Source: Octopus vulgaris
Taxonomy: Eukaryota
Assembly: GCA_951406725.2 (NCBI GenBank)
Contig: OX597823.1
Coordinates: forward strand, 52,700,001 to 52,764,000
Reading direction: 5' to 3'
DNA: 64,000 bases
The first letter of the stretch is position 1; every line of letters starts with the position of its first letter. Both the position numbers and the translations under genes were made by a program. The notes beneath the pieces were generated by a model. The model searched no databases and was not told the DNA's origin. It saw nothing but the letters and a program-made list of their open reading frames with translations. Below are positions 54,153-64,000 of this stretch, piece after piece.

Positions 54153-54203
<51 letters not shown>

Positions 54204-55789
54204 ATATATACACACACATACACACACGCATACACACACACACAAATACTTGTACACATATGCAGTAGCACATACTTTTTGATATGTATATTAATATATG
54301 TGTGTATGTGCATGTGTGCATGCGTACGTGTGTGTGTGTATGTGTGTGTGTGTACATATACTCTTCATTACATACATTTATGTGTAGACGTGATCAACAC
54401 GTGTCAGCATGGAACTTTGGATGTGAAGCTGGATGATGTCCGTGACAAAGACGATAACATCAAGTTGAATGATCGTGATGCTGCTGCTGCTCATGAAGCT
54501 GCTGCTGCTGATGATGATGATGATTCCATAGATATTCTTTTGACCATTGATATTTCTATGAACAGTATTAATCTGATCAAGAAATATTTTCAACATTGTT
54601 TTATTATTTTTCTCTAGGTTAATACTCTGGAAGCATCTCGAAGAATCAATTAACCAAACCACTGCTTATGCATTTATGGTAGCTACTCCAAAAGTTATTG
54701 CACACATATGTTTGATCCTTAATAAAATTGTATTATCATTCATACCAGTGTTGTTGGCGTTGGTGGCATTGATGGTGTTGGCGGTTGTATTGTTGCTGGT
54801 GATGATAATAATAATAATAATAATGATGGTTGTGGTAGTGGTGGTGATGGTTGTGGTGGTGGTGGTGGTGGTGGTGGTTTTCTTGTTCGGTTTTCTAATG
54901 TACATGATTAGTTCTGTTCATTGGAGAGTTATAGCTATATTTTACATTGGTCAAAGAAGCTGTTTTATGATGGAGAAAGTTCAGCAAGCTTTACGGGAGA
55001 GAGGAATGAAAACAAAGAGTGAAGAAGACATGGTAACAGCTTGCGCATGGCAACAGTACGTTCTTCTGAAGAAGACCTAATGCTATTGATATTCAGTTTA
55101 TAATCAGATAGATCCAACAAAATCAGTGAATAAATTTCTGAAGATGATAAAAAGTTATCCTTAAAAATAACCTTTCGAAAGACAATTTATTTTCTCGAAA
55201 TACAAAAGGGATCAAAAGTGTATGATTGATTATAATAAACCATCATCATCATCATCATCAACGTCGTCATCATCATCATCATCATCATCAGTAGCAGAAG
55301 CAGCAGCAACAATGACAACAACAGTATATCATTTTTGCATTCCTAATTTGCATAATTATGTCATCATTTGTGATAACCAGCTCGGTTATCATCATAATCT
55401 TCCTACTGAAATTATTTTTTCCTTGTCATGGTCTTGGTATCACCATGGTTTGTGGTATCACCAATTTCCAATCATCTCTTTCTGTCCTTCATTAATTTTC
55501 ATATGGAGAGAGATAAGGCTTTTACTTCCTGTCCAACTGTCTAATGCCATGATTTCAATAATCTATTCTACTTCTAGACTCTATGAACCATCATCTCATG
55601 ATAAATCTATACCTTGTGCTCACTTTATGACATATGCAAATCATTGCAATTTTCTTCCATTTCTCTCTCCCTACTTTCTCTACATGCTATTATTATTTAC
55701 TCATATTATCACTTCAGCTATTCTTAATCTCTTTTAGAATTACGTAACACAACTTGATCACCACATTTCTATTAATTCGTTTTTTTTCA

Positions 55790-56138
55790 AGAGTGGCTGT
55801 GTGGTAAGTAGCTTGCTTGCCAACCACATGTTTCCGGGTTCATTCCCACTGCGTGGCACCTTGGGCATATGTCTTCTACTATCTTGTGAGTGGATTTGGT
55901 AGATGGAGACTGAAAGAAGCTCGTATATATGTATATATATGTGTGTGAGTATGTATGTTTGCGTGTCTGTGTTTGTCCCCCCAACATCGCTTGACAACTG
56001 ATGCTGGTGTGTTTACGTCCCCGAAACTTAGCAGTTCGGCAAAAGAGACTGATAGAATAAGTATTAGGCTTACAAAGAATAAGTCCTGGGGTCGATTTGC
56101 TCGACTAAAGGTGGTGCTCCCGCATGGCCACGGTCAAA
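55790..56138 (+). mobile_element. SINE family A, young
   Basis: Consensus match; the tail ends at the PLE fragment. Confidence 0.85.
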
Positions 56139-56141
56139 TAT

Positions 56142-56340
56142 CGAAACCCTCTTCTTGTCGATATATATCAGTGTCCATACTGAAGTAGGTAGTTTCTATA
56201 CTAAAGGTCAACATTTCCATCAAGTTTCTTATTGGTGTACTAGTGCATTCTTTTAGATGGGTGTCTGTCACTAGTTTTCCTTGAATTACTGATAGTGCTT
56301 CACCAGTTTGGACTTTGGTGAACAGACTTATCACATCTAG
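56142..56340 (-). pseudogene. Penelope-like element reverse transcriptase fragment
   Basis: LDVISLFTKVQTGEALSVIQGKL...CTSTPIRNLMEMLTFSIETTYFSMDTDIYRQEEG matches the PLE RT pattern FDVxSLFTxVP...LLxFCLxTTYF...YxQxxG. Confidence 0.85.
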
Positions 56341-56432
56341 TTAGTTGATGTCTTTTACAATGGTTGTAATGGATCCTCTCACAGACGAGGGCATGTCCTG
56401 CCCTTTCCACTACTCTTCTAGTTCTATATATG

Positions 56433-56536
56433 AATCCACTGAGGAAGACTGGAGGGTATATCAGCCGAAATTCCACTCTATGTTTAGCCCCTTGTGGGTA
56501 ATAAAGAAATAGGTATATCAGCCGAAATGTTGTGTT
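56433..56536 (+). ncRNA. minimal hammerhead motif disrupted by a 40-bp retro-insertion
   Basis: CUGAGGA at 56439-56445, stem II G(A)CUG/CAGCC, GAAAUGUU. 17-bp TSD ggtatatcagccgaaat at 56455-56471 and 56512-56528. Confidence 0.6.
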
Positions 56537-56714
56537 AACAACAAACAAGATGAGGACAAATATCCGTCAAATGTAAATAATATATAAATAATGTACATAA
56601 TTCCTCATCTCTTAAATATAGAGCCATATCACATTATGTTTACAGATATGAAATATAGCATCAAAATCCACCAAATTCCAAGATTTGCAACTCATGGAAG
56701 GAGGACTTTAAACA

Positions 56715-56747
<33 letters not shown>

Positions 56748-57689
56748 AATTAATAATTCTACTACAAGTAGCAATAGTGTACGAGAATTAAAAAGTATTT
56801 TGTTGGCTAGCATCAATGTTGAGTTCAATTTGCCTGTCAAGAAATAGTTACCTGCAATGCAGTTTTCTATCCATGGGGAGTTTTGTCTCTCATCTATGTA
56901 GCATTATTGGAACCAGAGATAAACAATGGCTAGAGGTGTCTTGTGGTTCTGAAAAGTATTTGCTTAGATATCCAAGAAATATTGGCAAAGCATAATATTA
57001 CATTAATTACATCAAGAATGCAACAAATGTGATTGTGAGCTTTTAGTATGTTGGCAACGCTTAAATGAAATTCTCTGGTGTTTTTCACAGCTAAAGTGTA
57101 ATTATTCAAGATGTTGACATGCTCTTCTCTTAATGAGGGGTAATATTTCCTCATCATGAGCTTGTCATTCACTGTCTTAGGAAGGCCAGCAAGCTAGTAA
57201 ATAAACATAATTTTTGCTTAGCATCCACCTTCAGCACTATATATATATTATCCTCTATGTAGCAAAACGAGCAAGAACCAGCCCACATTCTTGAAGCAAG
57301 TGCAGTAAAATTTGATTTGATAAATCTTGCTACACAACACTTAGCACTATCCTTATTATACGAGAAGTATTGTACAAATTATATGATGATTGAGTTGCTA
57401 ATTATAACATTAGCTTCCACTGTGATGCTAGAAGCTAAAAGTATGTTACCCCTTGCCTAAAGCATATACAGAGATATCATCACCCTTCTAATTAGATCCT
57501 CCATAAATCAGCAATTCGCATTGTTTACTTTAGTCCACATGATAGGTCTCTCCTTTGAACTGTAATGATTGTAATCTTGAAAAGCAAGTTGTTCTTTGAC
57601 ATGCCAATACCTTCCTTGTACAGATTTTCCATTTGTGGATAGTTTTGAAAATGAGGCATATTTATTTGTTATTTTACATTTTTACTGTT

Positions 57690-58452
57690 GTAAAAATGCG
57701 TGCAAGAGAGACGCTTGCGCTGGTATGGTGATGTACTACAGATGGATGAGGAGAGATGTGTGAAGAAGTGCCACTCCCAAACAATTGAAGGAATCATGGG
57801 TAGAGGTAGACCCAGGAATACATGGGATGAGGTGGTCAAGCATGACTTTCGAACGTTGGGCCTCACAGAGGCAAGGACAAAAGATCGAGGCCTCTGAAGA
57901 TATGCTGTAACTGCAAAGACCCGACAAATAAAGTGAGTTCACGGCTGTATCCTACACCAGCTCCACACAACCAGCCCCAGCCCATTCAAAGTACTTTGGA
58001 TTGCAGGATGGCCTGTGGTGCTTACCTTGGATTGTGGGGCAACCTGCTGTGCTTGAGGAGACTTATTAAGTCAAGTACATCAATATCAAAATAAAAATCA
58101 AATGGAATTGTAGTTGTGATACTCATGCCAGTGGCACATAAAAAGCACCATCCGAATGTGGCTGATGCCAGCACCACTTTGGCTAGTTTCCATGCTGGTG
58201 GCACGTAAAAAGTACCAACTGATCGTGTCCATTGCCAGCCTCCTCTGGCCCCTGTGCCAGTGGCACGTAAAAAGCACCCACTATACTCACAGAGTGGTTG
58301 GCATTAGGAAGGGCATCCAGCTGTAGAAACACTGCCAGATCAGACTGGAGCCTGGTGCAGCCTCCTGACTTCCCAGACGCCAGTCAAACCATCCAACCTA
58401 TGCTAGCATGGAAAACGGACGTTAAACGATGATGATGATGATGATGATGATG
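57690..58452 (+). mobile_element. RTE/RTE-X LINE 3' end (ORF remnant, 3' UTR and (GAT)n tail)
   Basis: QERRLRWYGDVLQMDEERCVKKC...GRGRPRNTWDEVVKHD; UTR with repeated ggcacgtaaaaagcacc units. Confidence 0.9.
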
Positions 58453-58979
58453 ACTGTTGTTATGTAGATCACTCTACAATTATTATTAGTACAATGATTG
58501 CTCCACTACCTATCTTCAATTAAGAACGACATACAGCTTCTTTGCTTTGTACTTGTGGTGGTATAAAAGGTATTATAGTGGATGAAATCAGCACTTCTCC
58601 CTTCAATTTCTTCAAATTTCCCTGAAGGAAAAAGTCAGGAGAAGCAATAATGGTCTGTGCAGATAAACTTACCTTCAGTGTTTGTAGACTGGAGAACATA
58701 GTTGAGAAAGGGCACTTGCTTTTAATTTAGCCTTACTACTCAGTAAAGTCTTTTAACTCTTTGTTTCCTTAATTGGCACTAAGTGATAGTCCATCTATTA
58801 AGACATTTCATTCTTTTTTTTATACTGATCTTTATGTCTTTTTTCTTTGTTTTTTGACTGTTTTTTGTTTTTGTTTTTCATAATTGAGTCTGCAAATCTT
58901 ACCTCCTGTTTTTATAACTTGTTCTTTTAATGTCCACATATCTGTCAGTCTTGTGGTAAATAAAAGAAATGATTATTGT

Positions 58980-59185
58980 GGTTTGGCAGAATAGTAAGTA
59001 AATGCATCAAACAAATTAGTATTTGTTTCAATCCTTTACATTCTGAGTTCAAATCTCACTGAGATTGAGGTCAATTTTAGATTTCATCTCTTTAAGGTTG
59101 ATAAAATAAAGCACCAATGAAATACTGAGGCCAATTTAATCAACTCCATATTTACAAATTTCAGGCCTTGTGCCAAGACCAGAAA
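58980..59185 (+). mobile_element. SINE family B, old
   Basis: Consensus match. Confidence 0.6.
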
Positions 59186-59281
59186 CAATTCTTATTATAA
59201 CTGAGCTGCTCTGATTATAAATATCAATACTCCATAAATTTACACAGCAAATTTATTCTCTTAAATTTGGAATTTTTGCTT

Positions 59282-59655
59282 TTAACTCTTTAATGTACAG
59301 ATTATTCTGTCAAGTGTAATGCTTATTTATTCACACTGTTTTGAATTAATCATGAATTATCTTGTAGATTTGACATTTTGTATAAAAGCTACAGTGTATC
59401 TCTCTATATCTATCAGTTTAATGTTCATGTAGTAAGCTATCAAATTTTTACATTCTCTCAATTTCCTGTAATTCAACCTGTTTCATGGCCCCAGCAGACA
59501 AAACGGAAATGGCATTGGCATTTCAATGATATTATTGTATATTTTTAGAATGGCATTGTAGGGTAGGTATGAGAGGTTGAGTCTAGCCAGTTTTAACATA
59601 AATCAGGTAGAATATTTAAGCTGGATGTGGCTGGTTTAACTGCAAAAAGTGTTGA
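59282..59655. mobile_element. degenerate piggyBac-like MITE with an internal insertion
   Basis: ttaactctttaa... / ...gcaaaaagtgttga ends resemble TTAA-CCCTTT termini. Confidence 0.4.
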
Positions 59656-59969
59656 AACAGTTTAAGATATTCTTGGAGGAAAACTCACAGTTTCTATCTT
59701 TTTTAAGGAAGATGGTTATTTTACTCCATCAGCAACAGGCACTAAACAAATACATTAATTTTTAAAATAATATAAAGAAGAGGAGTAGTAGAAATAAGCT
59801 ATCACAGACATGGTAACTGTAAAGGCCATATATAATGTAAGATCTTTCTCTTGTATGGGTTTAAAAAGTTGTGGCAGACTCAGGAAAGGAAAACTATATG
59901 AAACAGTGGAAACCTTCTGAAGTGATAAAGAAGTGAAATTGCAGTTTGCTAGCAATTATATTTATCTTT

Positions 59970-60188
59970 GTCTTTTACTTGCTTCGGTCATTAGACTGTG
60001 GCCATGCTGGGGTACCACCTTGAATTTTTAGTCAAATGAATCAACACCTGTACTTTTTATTTTTTTTAACCCTGGTACATATCTATGGCTTCTTTTGATG
60101 AACTGCTAAGTTACGTGGATGTGAACACACCAACACTGGTTGTCAAGCAGTGATGGGGGCACAAACACAGACACAAAGACACAGATAT

Positions 60189-60223
<35 letters not shown>

Positions 60224-60360
60224 TTTCAGTTTCCACATACAAGGCTTTGGCTAGCTCAAGGCTATAGTAGAAGACGCCCAAACTGCCATGCAGCAGTACT
60301 GAACTTTGAACTATGAGGTTGAGAAGCAAACCTCTTTACCACACAGCCGCACCTATTGCC
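59970..60360 (-). mobile_element. SINE family A
   Basis: Consensus match. Confidence 0.8.
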
Positions 60361-60574
60361 TATGTATCTTGAAGTAATTTAACTTAGTGCTTACCTACAA
60401 GAGTCATTATTCTGTCAAAATCATAATTCATATTACACTACCAAACTTAGATTAGTGGTGTTTGGTAACAATGGTAGAAGAACATGGTGGGTCAACAAAT
60501 TTCCAGTCTTCTCTCATGAGAAATGCTTGGGAACACAACTGGAGAATCAGCCATTAATTGCACCTGAACATATT

Positions 60575-60799
60575 GGTTTCAAATTTCACTACAAGGTCAG
60601 CAGTAGTTATATGGAGAGGAGGGGATAAATTGATTACATTGACCTTACTGCTCCACTGATACTTATTTTATCGACCTCAAAAGGATGAAAGGTAAAGTCA
60701 GCTTCAGTAGATTTTGAACTCAGAACATAAAGACAGAGGAAATGTCACTAAGCATTTTTTCCAGTATGCTAATGATTCTGCCAGCTTGCCACCTTATCA
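60575..60799 (-). mobile_element. SINE family B with TSD
   Basis: cacctgaac(a/g)tatt at 60561-60574 and 60800-60813. Confidence 0.8.
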
Positions 60800-61319
60800 C
60801 ACCTGAACGTATTTTTTGAAGAATTCCGGATCAGTTCCATAGTGAACGTATACAAAATGGTTATTGGCAAGGAGACAAAAACCAAATTACTTCAGTAGAT
60901 TTTTCTGCTCCCTATCCAAAATCATCATTGTTTACAATCATCAAAATCAACAGACATCAAAATCAAAACTGAAAAAATACAATTTCATCTACACCTTCTA
61001 CAAATATATCTGAATAATCATCATTAAGAGCTTCTAAGCTACTATCTGGCCACTGCAACTTGAAGGTTTCCCCAAGCTGTGCCAAATGATCTTATCCTAT
61101 TGCACTAAAATTCTAGATTTTTCAATGTCTGTCTCTTTTCTTTACACAATTTTGTCTATTTGATGTTGGGTCATCTTTCAAACATAAAGAAATTGTCTTT
61201 CTTCCAAACATAAAGAAATTATGCAATTCTCCAGAGCACACAGCTATACTTCACTATCCTAGCATGCTATATCATTCTTCTGTTAATACTATGAAGTACT
61301 ATATCAATCTCCTACTAAA

Positions 61320-61618
61320 ATTGGGTTCAAATTTGGACACAAGGCCTGGAATTTCAGGTGAGGGAGTAAGTCAATTACATCAACCTCAGTACTCAACTGG
61401 TACTTATTTTAGCAATTCCAAAAGGATAAAATGCAAAGTTGACCTCATCAGAATTTGAACCAAGAATTTGAACCCCAGTGCTCAACTGGTATTTATTTTA
61501 TCAACCATGAAAGGTAAAGTCAACCCTGGTAGAATTTGAACTCGGAATGTAAAGACGGATGAAATGTCACTAAGTATTCTACCCGGCATGCTAATGATTC
61601 TGCCAGCTTGCTGCCTTA
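61320..61618 (-). mobile_element. SINE family B with an internal duplication
   Basis: cagt(a/g)ctcaactggta...gaatttgaac occurs twice. Confidence 0.75.
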
Positions 61619-63430
61619 TATTTAAGTTATATTAACAATAAGAGTGCATTTCTCTTTCTATAGTTTTACTATTTTGTTTTGCATGTGTGTGTGTAAGCCT
61701 GATGATGGTGTGAGTGTGTTATCAGAAGCGAAATTAGATATTGACTAAAGTTTTTACCTCTGAATAGCCATATCATATAAGAGTCAGTCAACTTGTTTGT
61801 TGTCCTGACCGACCAGCAATAACTTTTACCAAGAGTTTCCTGTTTGATTTCATTAATTCACTATTTACAGAAGAATATAATTTAATAAGGATGCAATAGT
61901 TGGAAAGAATCAAGCAATAAGATTGACGTGATGTTGCATGGGAGACTGCAGAACTTCATTGTTGATTAGATTTGTCAACTGTAAAAGATTAATTTAAGAG
62001 AACATTAGTGAGGATTACTAAGTAATTGCTATAAATGTGATACTCATAACCATTTTAATTAATCTAGTAATTTTTAGTACCGTAAGCTACAAAGACTAGG
62101 GACAGTTTATACTGCTGGAGGTTATTAGTTGTAAAAGAAATGACAGAGATTACGTCCTGTCCTTGATGGCTTCAATGATGAGGACCAGTGAGTTTAGTGA
62201 TGTTCATAATGAGAGATTGGCAGCGAGATCATGATGATTCCTGGTAGTGGCATTGACAGAAGATATGATTACAAACATGATGGTAGGAGGTAGAAAAATG
62301 TCCTAAGAATATTTTGAAAGATCTGTCTGAAACTATAGAACACTTGATTGCATTTTGATTACTCTATGTAATCAGCATAAACAGTGCTATGCATGATGAA
62401 GCACTGGCATCATGTTTTATTATCATTCTACCTTAACAGATTTCCAAAGACTGCACTCAACCAAGAAATAGCAAGTTGTGTTTGAAAAGACATTGGTTAC
62501 AGAAAATAGGCTACAAACAATTCAATCTCCTCGTCTCTTTTCATATTTTAATAAATTGTTATTTTCCTTGTCAGGATAAAAGTAGAGAATAAGAATTGAG
62601 ATATTTAATATGTAAATCAGGATAAAACTGGCTGGAAAGATGTAAACTACAAAATCCGAACAACAAAACAAGATTTCTCATGAGGTTTATCTTATTTACA
62701 ATTCAAAGAAATAACTGTCTCTTTTGGCAAATAAAATTTAGTGAATGAATCATGTGTGTCTCTGTGTGTACATCTGTGTGTATCTATGTGTATGGGTATA
62801 TATATCAAGTGTGAATGTGCATATGTATATTTGTGTATGTGTGTTTGTGTGTGTGTGTAAGTGTGTGTGTAAGTGTGTGTGTGTGTGTGTGTTTGTGCGT
62901 GCATACAAATATCAAAAGGCTATGAGTAATATTGTTTGCTATCCGTATATTTTAAAATAGTTACACGTCTACTGAATCAGTTAAATCAATAACTAGAAAA
63001 TATTACTCTTTCTAAATGTTTAACATTAATCCTAGGTTCAGCAAAGTCTACATTTTTAGACAAATTTAAAATGGATGTGTAGATAAATAGTTCAGAAAGC
63101 TTAGTAAATATAACTAAAACATATAGATCGAAAAAGCAAACCCATTTGTTTTGTTTGCCATGTATGTTCAACTATATCTGAAAGTAAATTTATAAACAAC
63201 TGGTATAGCTGGATTTTTCAAGAATATGGATTCTCTTCCTACACATAAATAAACACAGACAATAAAAGTCCTGTATTTGTTCTGTTCTCTTCTGTTTCTT
63301 TACTGTTTATTAATCTATTCATTTTAATATTTTGAAATTTTACAGCTACGTCTGCAGAGAATTAAGTGTTCTATACTTGTAGATGACTTAGTAAAGCATA
63401 AGAATGTGCACGTGTGTTTGTGTGTTTATG

Positions 63431-63486
<56 letters not shown>

Positions 63487-63537
63487 TATTATATTACACA
63501 CACACAGTGTGTGTGTATAGTTACATATGTATATACA

Positions 63538-63573
<36 letters not shown>

Positions 63574-63633
63574 CATAAGTATATGTGTGTATACATATGC
63601 ATATATATATATATATGTATGCATATATGTATG

Positions 63634-63664
<31 letters not shown>

Positions 63665-63685
63665 ATGTATGTAATATATATATAT

Positions 63686-63903
63686 TTAGTTGTAATAGTG
63701 AAGACAAACTGAACAGTGATATTTCAGAATGATTTAATATGTGCATTTCAGGGTTGTAAATTATATAAGAAATACATATTTTAACTGATGATGACCTTAC
63801 ACAATGGATGCATTTCCTATTATATATCATGTAAACCAGAAACGTGTGTAATAAATGATTTCAAAATATAACCAGTTTCGTATGAGTTTATTACGACAAC
63901 TAA
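63686..63903. repeat. old fold-back inverted repeat next to (TA)n
   Basis: 63686-63778 aligns, roughly two-thirds identical by eye, to the reverse complement of about 63808-63903. Confidence 0.55.
63778..63856 (+). ncRNA. type I hammerhead motif with long stem II
   Basis: CUGAUGA at 63785-63791; stem II UG..UUACA...UGUAA..CA; GAAA CGUGUG UA at 63839-63850; imperfect AU-rich stem I. Confidence 0.55.
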
Positions 63904-64000
63904 TACGACTGGATGATAGTACAAACTAACCAGTCTTGACTCCACTTATGCAGATACTCTAACAATGATTTGGAGTAGGTTGTTATACTTGACTTGAGTA

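Noticed and set aside
54618-55080. Acceptor-like tttttctctag followed by an open hydrophobic frame
   Set aside because: The hydrophobic part comes from GTG/ATA/TTG repeats; no recognisable domain or partner exons.
58520-58720. Minus-strand donor and acceptor-like signals around a 51-nt gap
   Set aside because: No recognisable peptide in any frame; cannot be separated from chance.

Overview
AT-rich, repeat-saturated eukaryotic non-coding DNA. The repeat landscape (tRNA-headed SINEs with internal (TA)n/(TG)n, dense CA/TA/ATT microsatellites, RTE/CR1/R4 LINE remnants) looks like an octopus genome; this is inferred from pattern recall, not from a search. I can support no host protein-coding exon, and nearly all supplied ORFs are microsatellite translations. 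Recognisable coding remnants are all from transposons: Helitron Pif1 helicase, Tc1 transposase, RTE/RTE-X, CR1, R4/Dong and a Penelope-like (PLE) reverse transcriptase. The most interesting signal is a recurring cassette: type I hammerhead ribozyme motifs (CUGANGA...GAAA...UH, mostly with short or palindromic stem III) in pLTR-like segments next to (TA)n tracts. These segments repeatedly form fold-back inverted repeats. The largest is a ~1.96 kb near-perfect palindrome (50489-52449) with a hammerhead at each end, one per strand. Hammerheads in PLE pLTRs are established in general; the density, structural variety and double-ribozyme palindrome here are what deserve follow-up. A 4-unit heat-shock element 48 bp upstream of a TATA box and two dyad-containing minisatellites were also seen.
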